DNA of 63,715 bases, filler included, from Licmophora abbreviata (lineage: Eukaryota): the NCBI GenBank assembly GCA_900291995.1. It is 10 parts of 10 records of this genome, joined end to end, with 100 filler letters (N's around TTAATTAATTAA, not from the genome) between each part and the next. Parts side by side here need not be neighbours in the genome. Positions count along the whole stretch, not along the records: positions 28,321 to 33,735 come from OLMU01002916.1; positions 33,836 to 45,664 come from OLMU01002917.1; 8 more parts are not named here. One strand, 5' to 3'. Positions 32,811-43,795 of the stretch are shown here, piece after piece. The translations under genes and the position numbers were made by a program. The stretch's first letter is position 1. The number at the start of each line of letters is the position of its first letter. A model generated the notes under the pieces. The model was given only the letters and a program-made list of their open reading frames with translations, did not search any database and was not told the origin of the DNA.

Positions 32811-35800
32811 ATGATGGACGGAGACGACTGGAATCCCGCCACGACGATGCTTCCGCAGCATGAGCGTCATCATGAGCATGGCTCGGATGACGAGAGCAGC
32901 AGTCTCGATGAGAATGACGACGACGAAGAACGCGCCATGATGCTACTAGCACGTCGCGACCGCACCCACTCGGACAACGATGGCAGCGGAGATAATCTGC
33001 ACTTTCGATCGAGAGGAGGACGATCGGCCTTTCAGTCGAACTCCTCCGATCATGAATCGGACGGCAGCGTCTATCGACATGGACTGCAGGAACTTCACCA
33101 TCGGCATCCCGCCGCTCTCGTGAGAACCCACTCGGGAGAGTTCGTCGGTACGCCTCCACGAGCTGGTGCGAATGTGGGTCCTGGTACTAACGGAAAGAGT
33201 CGAGCGCAACATGGCAAGTGGCGAGCCCCGGCGGTGCGTCGACACGCTTGGACGGTCTGGCTGCGACTCTCGATCGGATCGGGTGTCATGGGATACTTTG
33301 TTCTTGTCATTCTGGGGTCCCAAATCCTGCACAAGACGGACCCCAACGTTACCGACTTTCCTTTCTTGCATTTGCAAAACGGCCATGCTCACCAGTACCG
33401 AGGAACGACGCTTATCAAGCGAGAGCATCTGGAAAAGGAACGATTCGAGCTGAAACAAGAAACGACGCGAGCCCTTTCGGAACGGGCCAACGCACGGCAG
33501 CAGCGAATTCGACCGCCGGCACTGTCAGAGTCCATTGCGATGATACCGAGACGAACTCCCAGCTTGTCCACGCCTGCGTCACAGGAGACATCCAATACTG
33601 CGAGTCAGACACCAGCATCGCTCGAGGAGCTTTGCGGCATTCATGCTGGCAATGCCTCGCTCGTCTATCCCCACTCGTATCTGTCGAGAGACGCATTGAA
33701 TGCCCGATCGTCGCGCGTGCTCATTACGGGCATTCNNNNNNNNNNNNNNNNNNNNNNNNNNNNNNNNNNNNNNNNNNNNTTAATTAATTAANNNNNNNNN
33801 NNNNNNNNNNNNNNNNNNNNNNNNNNNNNNNNNNNTCGGATTTCATCTCGCATTGACGCTCAAGCAACGGTGCGGCATCGACGTCATGTTTGGTATGGAC
33901 CCCATGTTCCCCAACACGATCAAGCATCGTATGTCGCTGCTAACGCGAATGCGACTGCTCATCTCCAACATACCCAAGCTGGCGCAGCCCATTGTTCTGC
34001 CTCTGATTGGACTGGATCCTCGCTTAAACAAGAGCAAGAAGTCGCAACCAACGCTGCTTCAGACAACGGGAGAGTTGAATCTTCTCAACTTCAATCCGAC
34101 ACATATTGTGCATTTGGCGTCCTACTCTCCGGAAGAATATATGAACCTGCGGGAACCCGAGTATAGTAACTATCAGTCCCCGTACGTGACGGAGAATCGA
34201 CAAGCACCCATGTTCCGACTGCGATCCAGCTTGGTGGCTATGGAGCAGATCTTGTCGTCCGTGAGCAGCGTCAACGACGATGAGGATCATACGAGACCCC
34301 ACGTGACGTTCGCATCTGCAGTGTCCTCGCATTCCGACCCTGTCCATCGATTCACCAAGACGGCCGATGAGCTCCTGGCCGACACGTATCATATGCTACA
34401 TGGAACATACTCCGTGGGATTGCGACTGCCCGAGGTTGTGTATGGTCCGTGGGGACGACCTGGAGCGGACTTGTACGACCTGGCGCAGACTGCCATTGGT
34501 CGCTGGAGCGAGAACCACGCCGCTGGTATCGGACGTCATCTTTTAGACGACGCTGGTCTCACGAACCGAACCGATCTGATCCGTGAGATGGTTTACGTGG
34601 ATGGTATGTTGTGCAGTTTGTCACGGGCTTGCATCATTACCATGGATTGTGTCTCACGAGCGCTTGCCCCTTTTTTTAGACGCGGTGAATGCAATCATTG
34701 CTTCGATGCAGTATCGTTCAGAGGGATCTAGACCAGTTGTATTGGAGATGAGTTCGCCGTCGAAACACGGGCTCTCGTCGGTTGCTTCAGCCGTTGAGTC
34801 GTTCCTACCACACAGTCAGGCGACGCTATTCTCCGGAGCAGATAGCGTCGTGGGCCCTTCACCGGACTCTTTCGCACACAAGACTTCCGAGGCATTGGGC
34901 TGGACTCCAACGACCTCGCTGAAGGATGGGTTGACCAAAACTTTGGCGTGGCACTTGGACGAGCAACTGCCTCATGGCGACCCAGACAAGCAAATGGAGA
35001 CGGGAGACGGTTTCCTCTCTAGAAATGCAATGGCTGCATGTGCTTCTGATGATTTCGTCTGCAACGCGGGTCGCACTGTCTTGCCGTGCGCATCCGAATG
35101 TGCCAACAAGGAGCAGTGCGGCTCTTCAGTTTTTGATTCCGTTTCAGAACTTATTGAAGAGGTGACGCGCGATTGCGATATTGTTCTCTACACTCAGTCC
35201 CTGGGCTACAACGTTCGCGACCTGTCACTCAGCTCCAAGTACATGGAGGAAGGCAAGCAGATTATTTGTAATTTTGCATTTGTTCCGCGCGAGAGCGAGC
35301 TTGTAGGTGCAGTCATCCGCAAGGTACCGAATAACCAGCTCAAGAAGTTTGGTATTTCAACGGGCGGAGCATCACCGTCCGTCATGAAGCAGCGTCGACT
35401 CGACGGTTTGAATGGTCGACTCCTGTACAAGGGTTGGATTCTACTGTGGGTCCCGGAGACAACAGTGCCACTGCCAACTGCAGACAAGTTCCTCCTCAAA
35501 CTGTCTCCGGGGAAACTGTTCTCGAGCGTCCCAAAGTATGCTCTATACATTGACGAAAAATTCCCAGTATCTCCAAACATTGACGACGTTCTTTTCCTCG
35601 TAGGCGAAACTCATCGACCGCCCTTCAAGGGGAGATCCGTGTATCGACGAGACAAACACGGAGAAAAGCACAAATACAGACTTGCCCGGGAGCCGGAAAG
35701 GCGGGCCATTGTGCTAGTTGCGCCGCTCAAGAGGCGGTCAGAGAAGGACACCAAGAATGACGAGGGCCTGGATGGAACCAAGCTCTCTGTGTACGAAGCA

Positions 35801-36448
35801 ACGAAGTACATGAGATTTGAGATTGGTGAGAATGCGAACACTCAAAAGGAATCATCATTTGTCAAGAAGCAACGAGAGTTCTACGAGCGCGTGCAGACGT
35901 TCACGAATCGGCAGGAAATGAGATCGAATTTGGAACCATGGTATCGATACGAGATGAAGCACTGGATTCGAAGTCGTTGGATAGTTCATGATTTGAAGCT
36001 TGATGCCAGTCGGGAACTACGCTGCGAGTGGTACACGGAGCACGTGCCTTGGGGTACCGACCTGGACCAGCTTAGCTTTGCGCATGTCATGGCTCGGCGC
36101 GAAATCGAACGGCGTATTACACAGGCGGAACCTGACGATCATGTGAAACCTGCACACGTCGAAGAACCGATTCTAAAAGAGCTTACGGATGCGCACGAAT
36201 GGCACCCAATGATTGGTCACAAACCGGCGGACTTTGATGCGATCGTAAAGGTCCCGCAACACATGTTCGACAAGGACGAGGCGGAGCTGGAAGATGCAGC
36301 TGATATTGCCACAGACGCCCCCAAGCACAAAGATGTCCCTCTTTTCGTCCGTGTGATGAGCGAGCGGGTCATGCTGATAACGAGAAAAGCGTGGCAAGCG
36401 CGCCATGGAACCAAAAAGGGGAAACGCTACAAGAAGAAGACCAAGTGA
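32811..36448 (+). CDS. Type II membrane protein: degenerate UDP-glucuronate-epimerase-like SDR fused to a DUF616-like domain; spans gap, intron 34604-34679
   Basis: Single TM segment; RVLITGI, THIVHLAS, GLRL..VYGPWGRP, LGWTPTTSLKDGL; Cys-rich linker; DIVLYT, YALYID, DQLSFAHV. Confidence 0.75.
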
Positions 36449-36551
36449 AGAGCGTTGAAATTTTGGAAATTGAACAGCGTCACTAATAAAGTATTGTAGC
36501 ATAAAAAAATTGAGCTATTCGCCATCTCGTTCCTTGTGCAGAGTCTTTTGA

Positions 36552-38333
36552 TCATATCGATGTCATTTCGAAGCCTATGGTCTTGTCGTCCGGAGCGAGC
36601 TCTGAAACTGGCAGCAGTCTTTGGTGCAAAGCCTTGTCGACTCGCAACCGTTCTTGGGCGCGGTCCGCTTCCAACTGCCACCGTGTCGTGCCGTAAACAA
36701 CAAGTGCCAAAAGAAGAAAGTGAACCCAGGTGCCGATTGTCATTCCAAGTACGAGCCCAACCACCCCACACAAGCTACCATCATCGGTGCACATATTATT
36801 CCCGTCGTTCTTTAGGAATGCAAAGCTGTAGGCCAAGGGCACTCCAATCATCCAGTACGCGACAACGACAATGGGCATGGTCAAACACTGCCGTCCGCAT
36901 CCCTTTATGATACCGTTCAAGGCATTCTGTACTCCGTCCGCGAAAACGTAGGCTGCCAAAAGTGGAACTGTCCTACTTGCTTGCTCCACGACCTCTTGAT
37001 CGGGCGAAAAGAACGACGGAAACGTTGTATGTGGGGTAAAGAAAAGAATACTCCCCATGACGAAGCTCAATACCCCCGCACACAGGACACCAACATTGCC
37101 CGAGAACGCCGCACGCGTCGCTTCATTCTGTCCCAGAAAGCTCCCCACACGCGCGGATGCTGCCACGCTGCATCCAACGGGAAACATGAAGCAGAATGTA
37201 TTTATCGATTGATAGATGGTCATTCCACTCAACGCCAAGTCCGGGTCAGGTACCAGCCTCCCGGAAAGAAAAATGGCAACTTCGCTCGCCCACCATTCCG
37301 AAATGCTGACAATTCCCGGTAGCGCAAGTCCCAAATACTGCACGATCCCTGAGATGGAGGTCGTGGCGAGTCGCACTTCTGTTTTCCAGCACCCCACCAC
37401 GGTTCCTACTTTTTCAAGCACCCGCTTCCTCCCATGGTTCGTTCGAAGCAAATAGTACAGAATCAGGACTGGCTGAATGAGTTGAAAGGCGACCGTCGCA
37501 GCGGCACATCCCAAGTATCCCCATCCAAAGCCATAGATAAAAAGTAGATTACAGGGAACGTGCAGAATCAGTCCTACAGCAGCAGCATAGGCCGGTACAT
37601 CTGCCATTTCCATGGCTTGCAGCCACACCGTGAGTGTCCAGTTGATGCTGTAGGACCAGAGTCCCGGAGAAAGTATCCGAAGGTACTCTTCCGTCATGCT
37701 GGACAAAAGATCGCCTTGTCCAAGAGCCAAGAGGACTGGTTTGATTCCAATCAGCAACCACCATAGACCAACAGGTACGACAAAGAGCAACTGAATGAAG
37801 ATTCCTCGATACAAGTACATGAGAGGCGTCACCTCAGCATCGTCCGACGGCATGCTGGATTCTTCCATCATGACTGCATCGTCGTCGTTGTCCATCAAAT
37901 TCACTTTTTCGGCCATGACGTCGTTCTTCTGGTGTAGTCTATCAATCTTACTCGACAACAGCACATGACCGCGCGCTTGTCCCGTCAATGTGGTCAATGC
38001 ACTGCTGAGACCTACCGACAAACTCAGACCAGTAACATTGCACAACGTCGTGGCAAGTGCCGCAGCGGCCAATTCGTGCGAGCCCAATCGTCCGACAAAT
38101 CGCAATGAAAGAATCCACGGTACTTTGTACAGAAGCATGCCGAGCATGGTGGGAATGGACGTACGTGTCTGTTCTCTTATTTCGTCCAGCACGCGTTCAT
38201 GCCATGGTGATGATGGTGGAAACGACGACGTCGAATTGGTCTTATATTCACCAGAGGAGCTCGCTTCGGCGTGAACACCGCTTCCTTGGCACATCAGATA
38301 TGAAAGAACAAGGCCAAGGGAGGCACTATACAA
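36552..38333 (-). CDS. MATE-family efflux transporter
   Basis: FVGRLGSHELAAAALA, GLS.GLSSALTTL.GQA, SEWWASE, AASARVG..LG, GIIKGCGRQ; ~12 TM segments. Confidence 0.93.
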   Translation of the reverse strand: MYSASLGLVLSYLMCQGSGVHAEASSSGEYKTNSTSSFPPSSPWHERVLDEIREQTRTSIPTMLGMLLYKVPWILSLRFVGRLGSHELAAAALATTLCNVTGLSLSVGLSSALTTLTGQARGHVLLSSKIDRLHQKNDVMAEKVNLMDNDDDAVMMEESSMPSDDAEVTPLMYLYRGIFIQLLFVVPVGLWWLLIGIKPVLLALGQGDLLSSMTEEYLRILSPGLWSYSINWTLTVWLQAMEMADVPAYAAAVGLILHVPCNLLFIYGFGWGYLGCAAATVAFQLIQPVLILYYLLRTNHGRKRVLEKVGTVVGCWKTEVRLATTSISGIVQYLGLALPGIVSISEWWASEVAIFLSGRLVPDPDLALSGMTIYQSINTFCFMFPVGCSVAASARVGSFLGQNEATRAAFSGNVGVLCAGVLSFVMGSILFFTPHTTFPSFFSPDQEVVEQASRTVPLLAAYVFADGVQNALNGIIKGCGRQCLTMPIVVVAYWMIGVPLAYSFAFLKNDGNNMCTDDGSLCGVVGLVLGMTIGTWVHFLLLALVVYGTTRWQLEADRAQERLRVDKALHQRLLPVSELAPDDKTIGFEMTSI

Positions 38334-38560
38334 GTAGACAAAACAGGAACGACATTGTTAATCCACGCTAAAGTCTCAAACAAGGTTGCGATGAGCGAGT
38401 GAAGGCCACATCATCGTCATCGTCGTCAACGTTTTAAATTTTCTGTCCAAACGCTTGAAATTTGAAACTTCTTGCTGTGAAATATCAAAAATCGAATTTC
38501 TCGTCACTTCGAGACAAAAAAGATCACACTCCGACATCGCGGCATCAACGGTATACGACA

Positions 38561-40528
38561 ATGGCGGAGGCGTACTATTTCCTTGCCGCCGCATGGGCAG
38601 CAGGAGTCCTGGAAGGCGCTTCGGTCCTACGAAGAAAGGCTCCCTGCGACTCCTCCTCCTCCTCCGAGGCATTGGCGCTCTTCAAAATTGTTCCTTCCGC
38701 CATGCTCTACGGCACCCTCGCTGTCCCGCTTGGCGTCATTGGTGCATCGCCTGGACTGCTCCCTTTCACCTCCACTCTGGATCGCAATGATAGTAATCAT
38801 ACCACGATGAGTGAAATGACGATGCATTGTGGCCTGCACGAATCATCCTCCAATGACGACCCAGCGGCGACCAGCCATACCTCGACCAATGACACGAAGC
38901 GATCCGAAATGATTCGCAGGGCCCGAGAAGAAAATCGGCGCACCCTTGCCCAAATCCGACCGCCCTCGAGCCAACCACCACCGACGACTCGGCAGCCGAG
39001 ATCCTATTGGAATACTTTGGCCACACTGGACGGCAGACCCCTGCCCACTGCGTTGGCAGAAGGGATGCGGAGGGCGCGGTGCTTGCTGGTCGGAGCTGGA
39101 CTCGTTGCGGCAGTCCTACACTATCAGGAGCAGCGGACAAGAATAGACAAAGAGAAAGAAGAGACTATGCGCCAAGAAGAATCCTTACTTCGTCGACACG
39201 GAAGAAGTGTCGAGGCGATCGAGTCGATGGTGGAGAGTAGTTGTCGGCGAACGCAGGATCATACCACTGAATCGTCGTCGTCGTCACACTCGAACGGCGT
39301 GGTCGTTCGTCTGATTGGAAGCAGGAACGACGTGGACCAACCTTTCCTGTTTCCGAGAGGCAACTATAATGTTGTTCCTGTGGTCTGTCCCTCCTTCGTG
39401 CAACCAAAGACGAACCCCATGATCAGATACGAGTCACCTCCAGAGGATGTAGTATCTCCGTTCTGGGACCTCGGCGTAGAGAATAGGCACCGAGCATGGA
39501 TGGACATGCCGCTGACCAAAGATTGGCTTTTGAATGAATCGACTCTTGTCGTGGAGGCGGATGTGTCCTTGCCGCTCTCGATGGGCTACTTTGCAACGTT
39601 GTCTACACCGTTGCAAGAGTCGGCACTGAACCAGGAACGAGTGGTGCTTGGAGCGAACACAGTTGCGCTGCTGGCTCGTCGAAATGGTGTTGCACGAAAC
39701 GATACTAGTAAAAATGAGAAAGAAATCGTGACGGTATTGGTCGGTTCCGAGGAACGAGGCACGGCAGGGGGTCGTCTGAAAGCAGCGGGGCATGTGGTGC
39801 ACCTACACGGTCCGACCGCTGTGGCCGTGGAAGTCCTGTCGCGGTTGGAAGCAATCAAGATGCACGACGAAGCGGATGCCAAGGACAAAAGTCAACAAAC
39901 TCGTATCATGCAGCTGGAGGAGAAGTTGAACGATGCCGATAGAGACGCAAAGTCTGCCTTGGGCGTCATGTCGTTTGTGGAAGCGATCGGTTCCAAGATA
40001 CGACAAGGCGGCGAGGCGACCATCTCCGTGACTTGGAAAGTCGTATCTGCAATGAAACGACGACCACAAAGGAAGGTCATTAATTTGCTCGCCGATCAGT
40101 CCGAGCCTGTCTCTTTTTTCTCGAACGCCCTTGGCGCTCATGATTGGGTAGTTCATCCACACGACGTATCAAACCGTGCCGGAGCAAACGAGAAGCTAGA
40201 GAGCATAATAGGCAGAGGAGGAATTTCACTTTTGTGCTGTGGATCTGACGAGAAGACTCTTGCACTACTAACGTCGCTTCTACGGAAGAGCGGTACTGGA
40301 CAAACCGGCGACGTTGGTCCTGGTGGTAGAGTCCTCGTGCTTGTCGAGCGGGAGGCGTCGGCGGTGTTGCTTCGAGACTTGGTCGGACTTTCGGCCTCAT
40401 CCAACATTGACTTATCCGTGATGAGTATTGAAGGCGTTCATTCAAGCTTGTTCGCCAATGCTCATGACCTACTATCTAGTGGAAACACTCCTTCGCAGGT
40501 ACAAGATCTAATGAGTCTTATCCAGTAG
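38561..40528 (+). CDS. Uncharacterised protein with N-terminal hydrophobic segments
   Basis: Long ORF with ATG in ACAATG context, divergent from the MATE gene. Confidence 0.7.
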   Translation: MAEAYYFLAAAWAAGVLEGASVLRRKAPCDSSSSSEALALFKIVPSAMLYGTLAVPLGVIGASPGLLPFTSTLDRNDSNHTTMSEMTMHCGLHESSSNDDPAATSHTSTNDTKRSEMIRRAREENRRTLAQIRPPSSQPPPTTRQPRSYWNTLATLDGRPLPTALAEGMRRARCLLVGAGLVAAVLHYQEQRTRIDKEKEETMRQEESLLRRHGRSVEAIESMVESSCRRTQDHTTESSSSSHSNGVVVRLIGSRNDVDQPFLFPRGNYNVVPVVCPSFVQPKTNPMIRYESPPEDVVSPFWDLGVENRHRAWMDMPLTKDWLLNESTLVVEADVSLPLSMGYFATLSTPLQESALNQERVVLGANTVALLARRNGVARNDTSKNEKEIVTVLVGSEERGTAGGRLKAAGHVVHLHGPTAVAVEVLSRLEAIKMHDEADAKDKSQQTRIMQLEEKLNDADRDAKSALGVMSFVEAIGSKIRQGGEATISVTWKVVSAMKRRPQRKVINLLADQSEPVSFFSNALGAHDWVVHPHDVSNRAGANEKLESIIGRGGISLLCCGSDEKTLALLTSLLRKSGTGQTGDVGPGGRVLVLVEREASAVLLRDLVGLSASSNIDLSVMSIEGVHSSLFANAHDLLSSGNTPSQVQDLMSLIQ

Positions 40529-40541
40529 AACTTGCTTCTGA

Positions 40542-41162
40542 CTATGTACCTATTAGTAGAATTGTGATTATGCATGATACGAGCAAAAAATGCGTCTCGC
40601 GAGACACCCTACATGTCCACACCCCAGTCCGAATCAAGAAGTCAAACAAGACACCAGCAGGCGTGGCCTGCGCCTCGGAAGACGATGCCGCCTCCTTGAT
40701 CTGGGCTCGGGTCTTGGGGGACCTTGCAGCACTACGTACGACCTTACGAGAAGACGCGGGAGTGTCAAATTTGGGCTTTCCGGTTGCCCAACATTCAAAG
40801 GTCTCGTCATCAGAGACAGTGAGGTCGCTGGCGGAATGATGTCCGATCGACTCTTCCTTGGCGCCAACAAGTGCAGTAGTGCGGCCTGCAGGAGGAGTCA
40901 CCACAGCAGTTGACTTGCCGCGCAGCAGCATGGGCGGAATGCTGGAAAGTGAATCACTACTACGCTGGTCTCCATAAGTAGTGATATTGGTGGGAAAAGC
41001 GACAGCGTAGTCCACAACGAGCTCGGGGGGAGCTCCCCGACGCATCGCGATCAAAGAAGTGCCGCGCTGCTGCAACATGAGGCCGCGGGGCGGAACCAGG
41101 ACAAAGGCAGGGTCATCGTCGTTCTTGCCATTGGGAGTCTTGTTGGTGGTGTTCGGCATCAT
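40542..41162 (-). CDS. Uncharacterised protein with C-terminal TM (tail-anchor-like)
   Basis: ~206-aa ORF ending FLLVSCIITILLIGT. Confidence 0.5.
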   Translation of the reverse strand: MMPNTTNKTPNGKNDDDPAFVLVPPRGLMLQQRGTSLIAMRRGAPPELVVDYAVAFPTNITTYGDQRSSDSLSSIPPMLLRGKSTAVVTPPAGRTTALVGAKEESIGHHSASDLTVSDDETFECWATGKPKFDTPASSRKVVRSAARSPKTRAQIKEAASSSEAQATPAGVLFDFLIRTGVWTCRVSRETHFLLVSCIITILLIGT

Positions 41163-41573
41163 CGCGCAAAATGTAGGATTCTTTGAGACTCCAAGAGACA
41201 AGACTGCATTCAGAGAGAGTTGTATGTAGTTGCGCTCTCGGTCGCGACGTTGCTCATGTTATTGTGGGTGCGTAGCGCGCCAAAGCAAACCATCTTATTT
41301 GAGACCCGCTTGCCTTGCTTTTTGGATCAATAGGTACAGATTGTGCTCTGATGTTCAATATGTACATTCAGTAGGCCTGATAGAAGAAGAGACGTCATCA
41401 ACAGTGCTCCGTTTATGCTCATTCCCAGATGAAAACGTGAAGAGCCACACTAATCGCGCGCCCCTGCTCATCGCGCGATTTTAGGGTGTTGAGCCGGCAT
41501 CGTCGTCGTCGCGATGATGCCCGTCGTTGCTGTCGCATTTTGTGTTTGCTCGTTTGCTCCTCTTCACTCCACC

Positions 41574-42419
41574 ATGATGAATTTTCTTCGTCGCTTTTCT
41601 CTCACATTCTCGATACTCCTGGCTTTGGTGTCGTCGGCGCTTCCTTCGGAAACAGCAGACTTTGATTTCTACGTCTATTCCATGTCTTTTCAGCCGGAAT
41701 TCTGCTATGGCCATCGGTCGCAGCACTATTCCGGCTGTCAGCAACCTTTGGACTATTGGAAAACGCATCTCACGATTCATGGAATGTGGCCCGAGGTGCG
41801 TCCATCGATTATGTGTGCATTAGGGATCGATCTGGCAAGTTTCAAACACACTCACCGTCATGCCTGCATGCATTATCATTTCTGACGGAAGCGCCGCGAT
41901 GGGTCGTGGCCAGCATCGTGCTCTACAGAGCCTCTTGACGAGACAGTAGTACAAGATCTGAAGGATGACTTGGATCTATACTGGCCCAATATCAAGGACG
42001 CCCCCGATGATCCCGACTACTCTGAATTCTGGTCCCACGAATGGAGCAAGCATGGCACGTGCAGTGGCCTCTCGCAAAAGTCGTACTTTCAAGCGGCCCT
42101 CGAACACTCCTTGGCGACTCCCACGATTGTCGGGGAACACTATGGCAAGTCGCTTTTGAAAACGAAATTGATGGAAGCGTATGACAACAAGGTCGTTCCA
42201 GTTTGCTCCAAGGGACGATATCTACAGGAAGTGCGAGCGTGCTATTCTATGGACCCCGACGGCAGACCCACGACACTTGTACCGTGTCCAGCTCCTGTGC
42301 TGAAGGAAGGAAACTGTGGTGACGAGATTGTCATTTCGAGATTTCCTCAGGAGCGGAACGCGATAGATCTACTCGGCAGCGAGTCAAATTTGAGAGGGGC
42401 GGCTGTTGCGACCAACTGA
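41574..42419 (+). CDS. Secreted ribonuclease T2, intron 41796-41891
   Basis: Signal peptide; CAS I LTIHGMWP and CAS II FWSHEWSKHGTCSG. Confidence 0.93.
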
Positions 42420-42648
42420 ATTGTCGTTGTTCAGTTGTAGTGGTCGCTCTACAATTTGGGGATCAGGTTACAATCATCTTCCATCATTTTTCAACTCTCG
42501 ACTCTGTAGCTCTGAGGTACCTCGTATATGACAGCATCATGCATCCGTATCTCCACTGCGATCTCGTCCCCGCCGCCATGATACGTCGTATATAGTATTA
42601 TTCACATTCTCCAATGACCAAATGTTATATTTGGTGCAATTTGTCCGT

Positions 42649-43416
42649 TCACGAGTCCGAGTCCGAATGCGAGCGACGATGAGATCTGGCATGTTTTCGT
42701 GTTCGATGCTTCTTGCGCCTTTTCCGTTCTCTCGATGTTTCCGATTCGTCAGCACTGTGCGAGTCATCCCGACGGCGTCGTTTTCGTTTCTTCTCTTTCT
42801 TTCTCTTTCGCTTTTTGCTTTTCCGCCTATCAGATCCAGTCGAATGCGAGTTTACGTCATCGTCTCCACCCTTCCCCAGTCCACAGTCCACAACGACAAT
42901 CTTGTGCATCGCCGTCGGTCGTTCTCCCTCCAACTCCACGTCTGTCGCCATGGCATACACAACGTCCATGCCCTCTGTAACTTGCCCGAAGGCCACATGC
43001 TTTTTATTCAAGTGAGGTGTTGCCTGTAATGTTATAAAGAACTGGCTGCCGTTTGTGTTCTTTCCCTTGTTCGCCATGCTGACAACGCCCGCTTGGTCAT
43101 GAGGAATGGTAAAGTTTTCGTCGGGAAAAGTCTTTGTTTCGGCGTCAAGTACTGCAAAACCACCCGTCCCATCGAAGCAGTCAAAATCTCCACCTTGAAC
43201 CATGAACTTTGGTACGACCCGATGAAAGATAGATCCACGATACGTGGCCACTGGATGGGACCATGTGGTGCGTCGTCCCGGTGCTGCACAGAGTCGAGCA
43301 AAATTCTCACATGTTTTGGGAGTGACTTGACGATGCAATCGAATCACAATGCGACGTGGTGGACCACCAGCTATTGAGACAAGAAAGAAACAGTATTCAG
43401 ACGACTTGTCAGACAT
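42649..43416 (-). CDS. Cyclophilin-type PPIase with K/R/S-rich tail (spliceosomal type)
   Basis: TPKTCENF, FHRVVPKFMVQGGDF, SMANKGKNTNGSQFFIT, KHVAFGQV. Confidence 0.93.
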   Translation of the reverse strand: MSDKSSEYCFFLVSIAGGPPRRIVIRLHRQVTPKTCENFARLCAAPGRRTTWSHPVATYRGSIFHRVVPKFMVQGGDFDCFDGTGGFAVLDAETKTFPDENFTIPHDQAGVVSMANKGKNTNGSQFFITLQATPHLNKKHVAFGQVTEGMDVVYAMATDVELEGERPTAMHKIVVVDCGLGKGGDDDVNSHSTGSDRRKSKKRKRKKEKKRKRRRRDDSHSADESETSRERKRRKKHRTRKHARSHRRSHSDSDS

Positions 43417-43795
43417 GGATCTATTATTTTTAGCGGCGTATGGACAGCGATACGGCGGAATTGTAGGCGGCGCTCCGCGTCATGGTCCACTCGATCTGAC
43501 TTCACTCGGCATCGCACTTTTTGCGGCTGTTCTCACTGACATTCTAAATATTTATTGATGCACGAATGAAAGTAAAATTGACTTGTTCGACTAGAATCAA
43601 CTATTTGAGTCGAGTGAGTCGAACACTGCTCGACACAGTCGTCAGATGATTTGGACGGCTGACAATGGCGAGCGCGTCTTGAATCTCCTCTTCTGCCGTT
43701 TCTTGCGTGGTTCATCCCCTAATTCACACTTGCGATCGACGAAGTTGGATTTTAGTGTCTGATTGGGAAAAGGAAAGACAGACTGAATAGATATA

